Translations under genes and position numbers: made by a program
Notes under the pieces: model-generated
The model's database searches: none
The model's input: only the letters and a program-made list of their open reading frames with translations
Told to the model about the DNA's origin: nothing
Part shown: positions 12,854 to 24,812 of the stretch, piece after piece
Position numbering within the stretch: the first letter of the stretch is position 1
Layout: each line of letters opens with the position of its first letter
DNA from: Hydrolagus colliei
Taxonomy: Eukaryota
Assembly (NCBI GenBank): GCA_035084275.1
Contig: CM068748.1
Span: 3,100,001 to 3,164,000 of the forward strand
Reading direction: 5' to 3'
DNA length: 64,000 bases

Positions 12854-12866
12854 GTTGCTAGGCAAC
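12854..12866. promoter_or_regulatory. RFX X-box-like site
   Basis: GTTGCTAGGCAAC, a near-palindromic match to the RFX motif; function is inferred only. Confidence 0.35.
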
Positions 12867-13994
12867 ATTTATTAAAGAGCATTGCCCATCTGACAAGTCA
12901 GTTATTTAAGACATAAGCATAATGGACTATTTCATTTGAAAGAAATAAATCGTTGTTAGCTTTTGGCTAACAGTAATTAAATTCACTGGTTCAATATTTC
13001 ATAATTCTTCAATTATTTTATTTGGTTTGTGATAAAATAGGGTCTAAAGGATGAAAAAATATTATTATAGTTTATGAAATACATTATAGTTATTTCCTGT
13101 TTTTTTCCATCCTTTGTCTTGTTTTATGGATTTCAAAGGCTGCAGACGTCACAACAGTGAATATTGCAACATTTAGTTCAGAAAGGTTTAGAATAGAAAA
13201 ACTACTATTTTATTTCCTTTGATCGGACTGTGAAAATTCTGACTAGTTAGCATTGTGCAAACGGTTCTGCTCTCAAAAGCCATTCAGATTTTCCATAAAT
13301 CCTCATTTGAAAAAGTTTAAGACTTCCCTTTCCACTGGATCCTTCGACTTTATTTTCCCTGCATCTTGCCAATGGTTGAAGGGATATTAAGTGGCACCGA
13401 TCGATCCTCTTTGGCATGTCGAAACCCTTTTGGTGGTTTGAGAATGCTTTGGCAACGTATAATTTTAAGAAAATAAAACGGATTGTAAAAATTGCCACAT
13501 GACCCCTCTTCCAGAGCATCTTTCCCCATTGCCAATTTCGCCCACCCTTTCCTCCTCTCCTGAAGGCCATTTGAGTGCTCTGTGTTATTTGAAACTTTAA
13601 GCAACAGTCTTCAGCCAAAGTGCACCCAATCCCACAACTGTACAGAATAACAAGATTACACAGTTCTTAGCAATAGCAGCAGCCAAACTGAAAAGTTAGA
13701 CACTGCCTTCTTGGTTCAAGCTTTATCAGAATCACCTGATTCTTTTTTGTCTGCGGCTCATCCTTTGGGTGTTATCACAGTCAATGCTCCAGCAAAAATA
13801 CCAACATGTCCTCTCGCAGATTATTAGTCAGTAACTAAACAATGAAGTAGCACTGCTAAAAAACTAGATAAAGGTAACAAAAGTAATTACTGCAATAGTC
13901 TGTATGGGGTGATGTTAACTGCAGTATTATACTATCGGTCAGTAACAGTCCCTGTCTAGATACGAGTAATTTGTGCATTGCCTGATCCCAGTTT

Positions 13995-14011
13995 CTCATT
14001 AATATGCAAAT
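13995..14011 (+). promoter_or_regulatory. POU octamer with adjacent heptamer-like/TAAT site
   Basis: CTCATTAATATGCAAAT contains a perfect ATGCAAAT octamer. Confidence 0.35.
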
Positions 14012-14704
14012 GAAGAAACATGGTTGTTAGGTTAGAAGAAAGCTGTCATGTTTAGTGTGACAGATTTAATAGATGTGTTTGGTCTGTGTGTTCACACTGC
14101 TTTGAGGAGGCTGTCTTATCTTTGTTTAGGCAGTAAATCAAAAATGTAAACATCACTTAATTAACATCTGTCACCAGCTTGATGCTTCAGTTTTTATGCA
14201 TGAACGAACCCCCTAAGGTGTGCACCAGTAGTTCCAAAGTTGCTGGGTTCTGTTTATATCCCTTTGCATTTATAATATCTTAGGATGATAATTGTACATT
14301 CAGTTATTCTGTATAAGTGAATAGGGGCTGGATCAATGAGCGCCAATTGATATTTTCACTGAACTTGTCGAGAATTCCTCCTGCTCCTACTCCTGCGACC
14401 CAATTTTTTTCTTTTCAGCAGTGAGGCTGATGTAGTCTCGGTTAGTCACCAAGAGTGGCCATAGGAACCGTTACCCCACATGAGACGAGGCAGGGCTGTT
14501 TTCATCTATACAACCAACCTCTCTTCTGATTCAAACTGTATCATTTATTTCATGCATATTTTATCTTCCTCCAATTTTCTTCCCACCCCCCCCCCCCCCG
14601 CTGCCCCCCACCACTCTTCTCCTGAAATACACTACAAGGTACAGCAATGACTATCAATAAGCTGTTCAATGGTGGGACACCACATTGGAGCCCGATCCTG
14701 ATCC

Positions 14705-14946
14705 TGAAACCTTGGGTAAGTTTCCTTACTCCACACACATGCCTAATAATAACCCCTCAAAAAAACCTATAATAATTTGATCATTTCAATCCACGACTGT
14801 TTGTGGGACACTGCTGTGCGCAATTGGCTGCCACGTTTCACCCACAAATATACAGTCGGTTCAGTTTACAGTATATTCTATGTAGCTTTGAGACGTCCAG
14901 AAGACGTGAAAAGCGCCATATCAAATGCAAGGATTATTATTATTAT
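14705..14946 (+). mobile_element. Young SINE, long 5'-truncated copy
   Basis: gaaaccttgggtaagtttccttactccacacac, body and (TTA)n tail. Confidence 0.9.
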
Positions 14947-15224
14947 CCACAACAATACAAAAAGCTGAGTTAGTACTGAAAATGGGTACATTAACAACCC
15001 TGTACCAGCAAATGTAATGAGCTTCGCAGGCAGCTTCAAGCTCAGCGGCTGAGGCAATGTCTGAAGGGTAGGAGTAAGGAGAGAAAACGATGAGAAAAAC
15101 AATGAGCATTGAAAATAAAAAAGCCATCATAGCTCCAAGTCATCTCTGATGTTATATCGATTTGATGTTATTTTTCAAAGATTCTACACTGTTTGGAAGT
15201 GTTTATTGTACACTCAGTCACGTC

Positions 15225-15480
15225 CAGCCTGCCCCACCATCAGCAATCGGGCATTCACCCTCTCTGTCCCCACCCTCTGGAACTCCATTTGACAGTCCCT
15301 TTAACTTGCTCCCTCCCTCCCTTGCCTTCTTTCAGTTGCAGCTCAAGCCCCTATCCCTACTCTCCCCTGCCCTCCTACCCTCCTGATCCCAACCTACTGC
15401 TCAGGTCCAAATCCCTGACTGTCCAGCGGCTTGGGACGTCCTCCCGATGTGAAAGGCGCTATAGACATGTAATTTGTTGC
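15225..15480 (+). mobile_element. L2-clade LINE 3' fragment (type B)
   Basis: cccaccctctggaactcc (..PTLWNS..) plus tail gggacgtcctcccgatgtgaaaggcgctata. Confidence 0.8.
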
Positions 15481-16844
15481 TCTTTTATTTTATTCTCTTC
15501 AGAGTGACACACTTTCATAAGTGATGCCATTTGATACGCAGGCCCCAGAAGAGAATATAGAGAAAGTCAAGTCAGTTGTGGCTCACAGAAGCTGTTGCTG
15601 CGACAGATATGTGTGTAGTCAGGACCAAAGTGTTACTTCACTGCAATAAATTATCCTTTTTATTTTCAGTGTTGTAAATAACCTCCGGTCCACAATGAAA
15701 GTAAGACTGCTGTCTATGGAAAAAAAATAGAAGATAACAGATGATGGTTAGTTTGATATCGATTTTTGCTTCATGGGTGAGCTATATAGGTCCTTCTCAC
15801 AACTGAAGGAAAAATCGATATTGTACTTGCTATTCTATCAAATGTTTATGTGACTTTTTAAAAAAAAAATGCTACATACGCCTAAACGATACACGTTTTG
15901 TAAGATAATTTGGATGCAAAGAATTATCAGTCTTTGCAATGCTATGTTTGTGTGATGTAAACTCCAGATCTTAAACTGTTAACTGCTGAAGGGTGATTTC
16001 CGAATCAGCATTCGAACAATTCGTCTCCTCAATTGGTTGAGGATGGTTATCCAACTGTTCGACCCAGTTACACTTTCTCATGTGGAGCCAGGGCATGGAT
16101 GATCAATTGACCAATGAATAAAATTGACTGCGTTTCACGACTTTAAAAGACATACAGAATACCCTCACTTCAAAATCAAATGTTTTCGGTAGGTTTCAAA
16201 TGTTCATTATTGAAATCAAATTCTCCAGAAATAAAATTGCCAAATGACATTGAGTCCATCATCTTTAAATGTAGCGATCTTTGCATTACGCTTTTGTAAT
16301 GGGAAATCCCATTACGAAAAAAGTGGCAAAAATATTTTTTATTTTTAGCTATTGATGTTACAAAAGACCCCATTATGAGAAGTACATTTCATTAGTACTT
16401 AAAGTGGCTCCACTATTTTCCATTTTCTTGAAACTGCTTCTCTTAGAAATGAGAATGCCGTTCTCCGTACCGAGCAATTTCCATTGAACACCAGGTCCAA
16501 ATATTCCTTAACTTATTTCGCCTGTGACCTTTAATAGGGAGAATTGTCAAGGAGTCTATTCAGCCAGGTTATTTTGATAACGCTTGATTCACGTTAAAAC
16601 GGTAGTAACACCCTAGAGTCTGGTTAACAAACTGAACTGTCAAACATTTGTTGGAAGTTGTCATGAAACATGTGCCCTTTCCATTTAAAATCAATGGGCA
16701 AGTCCAGGGAGGGTTCTACATGCAACACATATGAATTAAAACCAGCTTTGTTCCTATCAATTCTGCGCTGCGTCGCATACAAACTCACACCTAATAGCAG
16801 AGATTGCATCAGTCACACCCTGTAGCAGAATGCTGAGTGGTGGA

Positions 16845-16957
16845 TATTCGCCCGCAAATGTGTAGTCAGTTCACTTTACGGTATATTCTGTGAGGCGCTT
16901 TGAGACGTCTAGAAGACGTGAAAAGCACTATGTCAAATGCAAGGATTATTATTATTA
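16845..16957 (+). mobile_element. Young SINE 3' fragment
   Basis: Near-consensus tail gcgctttgagacgtctagaagacgtgaaaagcactatgtcaaatgcaaggattattattatt. Confidence 0.9.
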
Positions 16958-17059
16958 CCATCATTATTCTCCCTCCATTCTTTTAAACACAGAAAGTGAG
17001 CCAGCTTGGACCAGATGGTTGCATTCTTACCTTTCGGGCAGAATGTTGTGTGTTGAAGC

Positions 17060-17350
17060 TCTAGGTAGGCACTTGAGTTCACAGTCTAGGCTAACACTCG
17101 ACTGCAGCATTAGAGGAGTACTACACCATCAGAGGTGTTCTTTTTGGATGTAAAACTGAGTTCTGCATGTTCCAGTGGATGTTAAAGATACCACAGTTTG
17201 GTCATGTTATTTGGTCAATCACCTCATGGCTGATTGTGAGGCCTTACTCACACAAATGGTTGTCACGTTTGCCCATGAAAACAGTCACTACACTTATCAG
17301 TAATTAACTGCGAACTTCTTTGAGATGTCACAAGGCACTATAAAAACATT
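17060..17350 (+). mobile_element. Ancient Deu-domain SINE
   Basis: cttgagttcacagtctaggctaacact..cagaggtgttctttttggatg..gtggatgttaaagatacc..aacagtcactacactt. Confidence 0.65.
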
Positions 17351-18551
17351 GTTTCTGACTATTATTAGTAGCTAACTTGCAATTTGTGGATTACGGGAAT
17401 GTACCTATAACCAGACCTTTCAAAGGTATATAATGTACATTATATAGCGCATACAATAGATGGTATATATTATCTAGTACATAAGGTATATGATTTTATT
17501 AGAGTTTTTGCAGAGTATGTTTGACTTATTTCAAGTAATAAATAAGTAAAATATCCATCCACGTTACATTAAAACAAAATAACATTCTGTTACTAAGATC
17601 ATTATCCTTGAAGTAAAAGTCTTCATAGAATTGTACTTGCTTTAATAGAAGGGTGCATGTGATAGAATGCTGCTTTACCTCTGGGAGCTGCTCTAAGTCC
17701 AAGCCAGACAGATGGGACGACAGCTTCTCAGCCAGTTGTAAGGTTTCCAAATGAAATGAATTTGGACCGTCTCAGCACAGTTCATGGGAAGAGCAAGCAA
17801 GTCCACAGCACAAACTTAACATAATTCGCCATGAACTAAACAGCCAATTTTATTCCGAAAGGCATTATATTTAAAGAGCTATTTCACACAGCACAGTGAG
17901 CACTCTCTCCATCTTCATTGGTACTATTCCCAGGCAGCAGGCACAGAGTTATAATGTTCCTGGCCAGTTAGTTGGATCAGCACATAACCACCTGTTCTGC
18001 TGAATTTTCCTGGTCCCATTTTCTGACAGTAATCCAGGAAGGATGGAGCAAAACCTGGTTTGAATCATCTGTGAGTATATCCATTCACAGGCTCAATTGA
18101 AATCTGTTGGAAGGGAGCGAACACATTTTTTTTACGTCCAGGAAAGTGTTTTGTAACCTTTACCCTGGGTGCCTCTTGTTGCATTTCACCCCAGCATACT
18201 ATAAGACGTATGAAAATGTCTGTAGAGTTTTGCAAAAATTCAGTCTGCAGCTGGGAGGAGAGAATGCTCACACAGCCTGTCATCACTACATTATCTGCAG
18301 GAGTTTTGGGGTCATCTCCTCCTTAATATTTTTAGTAGAGCAGCAAAAGTTAAGCCCGCAGGCTTCCTTATAGTGCTAGACCTTGTCTACCATTGTAATG
18401 GGATGTGGTATTGGATGACATAAGATGAATCGGCAGGCTAGAAATAATTTGCCTGTAAACCATGGGGTTTAGTCTTTGTGTTAGGATTTTGTGTCCTTGA
18501 AATTAAATCCGGTTTTCAGCTGCTTTAGTCCACAGAAACAAACTTTTATTC

Positions 18552-18685
18552 TGCATTGCTGTGCGCAATTGGCTGCCCACTTACTACATACATTCAATTC
18601 ACCTGACAGTGTATCCTGTGAAGCGCTTTGAGACTTCTCAATTATGCAATAAGGCGCTAGATCAAAGGCAAGGACTGTTATTTAT
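18552..18685 (+). mobile_element. Young SINE 3' fragment
   Basis: gctgtgcgcaattggctgcc..gtgaagcgctttgagac..aaggcgctagatcaaaggcaagg. Confidence 0.85.
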
Positions 18686-18839
18686 TTTGGTACGTTTATT
18701 TTTCTTTGTTTCATATTTCTGTTTGCAAAGTGGTTCAGTCATGTGCCCAGTGTCAGGCTTCAGGATTCACATCCGTGATAGTCATTATAATATTCCCATT
18801 AGAACCACCAAACAAAACATTTCGTGAACAGCGTGTGGT

Positions 18840-19165
18840 AGACCCCAGGGAGGTGATAATTAGTTTGGGTCCCTGCTGCTGATTTCTATCCCGCGACCTA
18901 TGCAGGAGAGTGTAGAGTAAACTGGGGAAAGAGACTGGGATCAGTTTCAGCGTGATCCTCGGGACAGTCAAACAACCTGTGTCAAAATTCAGTCTGGCAT
19001 GAACACTGTTCATTTGGACAAGTGGAGTTGAGGACTGCTGTTGCTCCGGAACTGAACACAACAACAACTTGCATTTATATAGAGCCCCTCAAACCGGGTT
19101 GCATCCCAGAGCATTTGACAGTTGCAACATAGCACAACAGCAATCAACGCCTTCAGGAGAAGGTG
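18840..19165 (+). mobile_element. Family B ancient SINE with a nested antisense L2-type tail (19056-19125)
   Basis: Body gggatcagtttcagcgtgatcctc..gtcaaacaacctg; the 3' end tcaacgccttcaggaga resumes after a (CAA)n-ttgcatttatatag insert. Confidence 0.55.
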
Positions 19166-20329
19166 GGGGGGGGGGGGGGGGAAGCGGGGTGGGGGTGGGT
19201 GGGTGGGATGGAATTGGCAAGATACATTCAAATAGGAACACAGGAACATACAGGATCGGAAACATTCCGTTTGGCGAGGTGCAAATGGAAAGAACATAAT
19301 TTGCCACTAAATATTTCATATTGTTGAATCAATTTCTTGGCAAAGTAGTTATCCAAGAGCCATACTGCTCGCAGTTTTAGAAAGCTACTGTCCTTTTGGT
19401 CTGATAGGTACAATGCAACAATTTGCACAAAGCACTATGGGGAGCAGAGAATTGTGGAAACGGTTTGAACACAAAATTAGAAATGAGAAATTGAGCTGCT
19501 AAGAATATGGGAATGATAACTGACTTTAATAAAGTGGGTTCCATCAGCATATAAATAAAAGTTCTCTGTACCGCAGACACAGAGATTCATTAAATGTCAC
19601 CGCTTTCTTTGAAATTCAACTGGTTTGTATTTCATGACAAAGGGTACAGAAGAACCTTATCATCAATAGATCTGGCAAGTAAATATGAAAGACATCATTT
19701 AATTAACAGTAACCAAGATAACTGAATTGTAATATTAATAGCGACTTAGCATGTACATCGCAGCTATTCCCTATACCTTAGTATTATTCGAAAGCATCAG
19801 ACCTTCATTTATTTTAATGCTGGAATATTATTTTGCTACATTTGTGTTTAGCTTTTAAAAGCTGATGTAACTCGTACAATACAGTATAACAAAAAGAACA
19901 TTACTGCAAGATCACCAGATATCCAGTTGTAGTTGAAATGACATCATTAAAGCATTGCACATTAGTCAATCACTCCAATGCCACAATAAAATTGGGCTCC
20001 AGCCTCTGTTGTACTATTTAGAATTAAAGTTCTCTGCACTTATCTTCTTTTCAGCTTCAATGATAACAACCCAGGGAGGGAAAATGGAGAACTCAGTATA
20101 GGCTACAACTGACTTTGAGAAGGTTAGCGATTTGCCTGCAGGATCATCTCCAACAGAGTTGAAGAATAGAATGCAGAGAAGCTGACTCTAACTCACAAGG
20201 TGCCTCCAGGTTCACACAGTCTTGTTAACAATATATATTTGCTGGGGGTGGCGGTGGGAGGTGGAGGGGTTGGGGGTAGAGAGGAGGTTGGTGTCTGTGA
20301 AGACAGTGGTAAGATCAAGCGTTCCTTGG

Positions 20330-20610
20330 AAGGATGTGGGATGACCGACCAGATGAGCAAAGCTACCTCAGCTCTGACCCTACAAGATGCCCGTTAATCC
20401 CAGGATCAGAAGAATGGTCCACATTGAATGTTTCCATTTTCCACGCTGGCTATCTTCCCGAGTGCCAATGCTAATTGAATAGTTTGACTTTTGAGACCGG
20501 CTAACGACACAGACCAAAGCCTGAACCTAAGACATTCCTGGTCCCCGCGTCTTGAGACGTCCTCCTGAGGTGAAAGCCGCTGTATAAATGTAATTTAGTT
20601 TGTTGTTGGT
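20330..20610. mobile_element. Family B SINE relic (minus) abutting an L2 type-B tail (plus, 20545-20610)
   Basis: gagaccggctaacgacacagacc..ctgaacctaagacattcctgg, then ttgagacgtcctcctgaggtgaaagccgctgtataaatgtaatt. Confidence 0.55.
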
Positions 20611-20704
20611 CTATTCACCCGAGGGCCACATGAGGTGGTGTCTTACCCTCTGAGACACTGGAAGGCATTTTTAAGTGAATTTATTTAAAGATGTGGCAGG
20701 AGTT

Positions 20705-20875
20705 CATTGTCGTGGATTATCTTTACCAGCAGCAGAAGAGCGTTAGAGGCTATGGAGGAAAAGCAGGGAATTTGGATTAAGATAGATGGCTTCATTGGAA
20801 GGGCAAACAGCAGCCAGCACTAATACAATGAGTTGAATGGCCTCACACTGTCTTGCACTGCAAGATCTCTACGGT
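20705..20875 (+). mobile_element. CR1 3' tail, degraded
   Basis: ggctatggaggaaaagcaggg..gccagcac..caatgagttgaatggcctc. Confidence 0.6.
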
Positions 20876-21409
20876 TTGAAAAAATATTTCCTTCCGCAGG
20901 AGAGAATCTGACTATCGGCAATACTTAGTTGGTAAAACAACCAATCGACGTTAAGCACTTGTTTTTATTCTGATAATTTCTGCTTAAAGAGCGATTGCTG
21001 CTGACATCATCAAGGGAATTGGCCAGCAGGAGTCAGTGAGCTTGATACTGTGAAAGAACTGAATTAACACACATAGTGGAAGTGACATGATCACTGAAGC
21101 GCTCTGTGTTAACAGCTGTATCTCTTCTGATGCTAATTCAGCTCCTGCACATTATCAGGGTTAATAATTCCTCCCAGCCAGTTCCCCAGATAACATCAAC
21201 CCTTTAACCTATTTTAAACTCCAGTGTTCGGGTAACAATAAAAGAAATCGAAAATAAATACTGTTGAAATTAATCAGATTTCTTTGTTAGCTCGACTTGT
21301 TAAGTAGCATCGATAGTGAGACTATTAAATTATTTTCCAATTTTCATGCCCCTTTAGTGTTTCTTTCTTGAAGGCTGTACTCAAGTTGCTGAACAATTCA
21401 GCGGATCCT

Positions 21410-21550
21410 AGTAGTTTCCTGGTACATTGCCCGCCTGCCCGTTCTTCAGATGGGAACCTGAACAGTGAATGTTGGCAGGATGCCCAACCGTGGGAGCATC
21501 ATAGCCAAGTCTGAACATGTCCTAACCCACACATGTGTGAATTTTCTAGT
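21410..21550 (-). mobile_element. Family B SINE fragment
   Basis: acagtgaatgttggcagg..gagcatcatagccaagtctga..tgtcctaaccc, similar to 9430-9520. Confidence 0.6.
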
Positions 21551-21574
21551 ATGGGTGCCTGGAGAATGGGACCA

Positions 21575-22333
21575 TCGCATAGCTCTCACCTTCTCCACCT
21601 TCCCGGCCTGCCCCTAAAACTCTCCGAACCTGTGCACAAACTTGGCGTCCTTCCTCCCCCACATCCGGTCCCTCACCAGCACCGCCTTCTGCCACCTCTG
21701 ACGGATCGCCTGTCTCCGTCAATACCTCACCCCAAAAGCCGCTGAAACCTTGGTCCATGCCTGTGTCACCTCTCAGCTGAACTATTGCAATGCCCTCCTC
21801 GCAGGTCTCCCCGCCACCACAATCCACAAAATTCAGCTAATTCAAAATTCTGCTGCCTGCATACTCACCTGCATCAAGCTTCACTCCCCCATTTCCCCAC
21901 TCCTTGCCAGACTTCACTGACTCCCTGGCCGTGAAAGGATCGACTTCAAGATCCTCACTCTTGTTTTCAAATGCCTCCACTCCTCTGCACCCTCTGGCTC
22001 CTATCTCTCTGATCTCCTCTCTCCCCAAACCAGCACCCGCTGCCTTCACTCCACCAGGTCTGGCCTCCTCCAGGTCCCCCAAATCCTCCACTGCACCCTT
22101 GGCGGCTGTGTCTTCAGCCACTATACCCCCAAGGCTCTGGAATTCCCTTCCTCACTCCCTTCACCTCATCCCCTCTCTTCCCAGTTTCAGGTCACAGCTA
22201 AAGACCTATCTCTTCGACCGTGCATTTGGTCACCTTTCTACCCCTGCCCCTGGCTCGGTCCTGGGATACGCTACTGTGAAGCGCTCTGAGACTCCCCAGC
22301 GTGGAGGGCGCTATATAAATCGAAGTTGTTGTT
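21575..22333 (+). mobile_element. 5'-truncated L2-clade LINE (RT C-terminal region with stops, tail type A)
   Basis: From 21660: HIRSLTSTAFCHL*RIACLRQYLTPKAAETLVHACVTSQLNYCNALLAGLP..KIQLIQNSAA..RIDFKILTLVFKCLH..WNSLP..FRSQLKTYLF; tail agcgctctgagac..ggagggcgctatataaatcgaag(TTG)n. Confidence 0.95.
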
Positions 22334-22334
22334 G

Positions 22335-22730
22335 ACCTGAAGATGTGAAAGGCGTGATACAAATGTAATTTGTTGTTGTTATCGCAGTGACTAGGAACAT
22401 CAGAAAGATTTTTAAAAAATACAGTATAGTCAATGCACTTCACAGTATCTTCTGTGAAGTGCTTTGAGACATCTGAAAGACCCAATAAGGCATTGTATCA
22501 AATTCAAGGATTATTCTTATTCTTGTATAATAATAATCCTTGCGTAATAATAGTCCCGCCTCAAGACGCTCCTCTTTGACGTTCCCATCAGTCACCCTAA
22601 ATCCCCTCCTTTCCCTGGACCCTCCCCATCCCGACCCCAACTTGGGTCTGAAACATTGACTGTCCAGCACCTTGGGACATCCTCCCGACGAGAAAAGGGC
22701 TCTACAAATATTGTTGTTGCTATTGTTATT
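22335..22730 (+). mobile_element. Stack: L2-B tail (22335-22382), young SINE (22415-22525), L2-B 3' end (22555-22730)
   Basis: Three successive tail motifs in the same orientation. Confidence 0.8.
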
Positions 22731-23779
22731 ATTAGGGAACCACCCCATTTTCCACTCCGTGAAAAATATCTAATCTGTTATACAACATTTCATTTTGTGC
22801 CCCATACATTCTTTTCTTTCATTGCAGTGATGTTAATCTGTAAATAATTGGTGCTTATTCTCCACTTACTATTCTGGGTGACTGTTATTATTTTCTACTG
22901 CTTCTATTACCATTGTTTAAGGATACAAATTACAAGAGGGAATCCGAGAGGAGTAACTGATGGTGTCTTATAACGATATGTCATTTTCACATCAAGTCAA
23001 ACAGAAAATTGGGGCTGGGGGTGTATCATAAATTCCACTGGTACTGAGTAATGTGTCATTAATAGCAAGAAAAATATTCCTCTAAAGTGAGCCCTTCCGC
23101 TATCTATGCTATTTGAAAGGCAGCTGGATAAATTGTTTAGGTTTGGATGAAAATGACCTTTCAGCCATTTGATGTCTTTCATTTATACTACAGTACCATC
23201 CTCCATTCTTCCCATTTCAGCCTCAAGCTATCTATTGCTTGAATGAGTCAAGTGCCCTGTCCTCTCCTGTTGCTTCCTGGTAACTCATTCCAGCTGTTAG
23301 TTACCTTCTGGTGTACAGTGTTGTGTTTCAGTTTACACTGCACACAGGTCATTGCAAAAAGATATTTATCAATCAATGGCACAAAGGAACATCAGGTTTC
23401 TGATTTACTCGAATTGTACTTACAAATTTTCTTACTAGAATTCTAATCCCCAATATTCTGAATTCATCCTGATACATAATTGTTTTCACATTTCCATTAC
23501 ATTAAAAGTAAAAAGGGGGTGGGCAAGTGAAAATTGCAAAATGAGATGCCATCATAACTATCCCATCCTCGAAAATTTGTGGTTAATCCGTTTATCTATT
23601 CCTTTTAAGGTGATTCACCAATATTTAAATGCTCTGTTAATGCTAATGGAGAGTCATTCACAATTACCTGCTCTTTAAAAAAAATAAAAAACTATGTGTT
23701 ACTTGGCACCCGTTACCAGAGACCTGTGCTTGGCCTTTGTTGCCAATGCACATAGCTCTCCTCAGACCTTGGCAAGATC

Positions 23780-23990
23780 TGTTCACAGAATAACAGAGGA
23801 CGTCCCTCCACATGAGTCTCCATCTCTCCTAATCCCCTCTTCCCATAACCCTTCTATTCTCTTCTCCCTCATGTTTCCTTCAGGCTTCTTCTTAAATGTG
23901 TTGATACTTTATGTAAATACAAATCTGCTTTCCCACTTTGACTCATTCCAGTGTTTCGGGACTGATATAGCAACACTTCAAGCCGCATAA
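23780..23990 (-). mobile_element. Degraded CR1 3' end
   Basis: cccctcttcccataaccct..cttcttaaatg..cattccagtg is the reverse complement of a CR1 ORF2 end/3' UTR. Confidence 0.45.
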
Positions 23991-24429
23991 ATCAGGCATT
24001 AAATGTAAATATTATTTGAAAAAGATGCAGATGATCAGTTTTGTTAGGGCTGGATTAGTCGTAAGTCGATTTCTGCTGCAAGAATTTGTTTGTTGATACT
24101 AAGATGGTTTCAACAGAGGCTTATTTATTGCAATGAATTAGTGTGTCACTGGGTTACTTTACAGTGATTCAACACAGTTACTGCACAGCATGGAAAAAAA
24201 TGGTTTGTACAGTTAGCCCTGGCAGCAGTTTCATTGATTAGTTTCATGGAATTGGTAACATACAACAGAATGGTTTGTGCCACTGCGCAGTACAGCTATT
24301 GTGACACAGCCAAAAAAAGCAAGTACTTTAATAGGTTAATTGAGTTAGTGTAGTTTAAAAGAGAGGAAGCTTTGCTCTACATTATATATAATGTATGCTT
24401 TGTGCCTCAGTAATCAGTTGAGAAACTAT

Positions 24430-24812
24430 ACAATACAACAAAAAAACACTGGCATTTATATAGAGCTCTTCGGGTAGGATTAGGATAATATCTTGGAGTG
24501 CTGAACACTGATGTGGTTAAACCCTGAGCAACGGAAAAGGGGAAAGGGGAAGTGACCATTGGTCATAGGCCACAGGTTGTTGTTGCTATTGTTGTCCTGA
24601 AATTTAGGAACTCCCTCCCTCAACCCCTTTGTCTCACTCACACACTCCTTTCTTATCTTCAGGTCGCGCCTGAAGACCTTTCTCTTTGAGCGCATTTACG
24701 GTCACCTCTCTCCCCTTCCCCTGGCTTGGCCTCGGGCTCCGCCATTGTGAAGCGCTCTGAGACACCGCCCGGCGTGGAGGGCGCTATAGATAAAAGCAAG
24801 TTGTTGTTGTTG
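24430..24812. mobile_element. L2 tail relic (minus, 24430-24570) and L2 3' fragment type A (plus, 24595-24812)
   Basis: ggaactccctccc..gtcgcgcctgaagacctttctctttg..gaagcgctctgagacaccgcccggcgtggagggcgctatag (TTG)n. Confidence 0.85.

Noticed and set aside
13247-13640. Overlapping minus-strand ORFs of 123 and 84 aa
   Set aside because: No recognisable family and no consistent donor; compatible with chance
19162-19210. G-runs with G-quadruplex potential (also 14583, 20243, 30404, 49700, 54996)
   Set aside because: Low-complexity poly-G/C tracts are common here and show no further organisation
21837-22335. ORFs of 94-143 aa here and 155-157 aa at 35635-36148
   Set aside because: Antisense or off-frame reads of L2 ORF2; the true frame is the RT C-terminus
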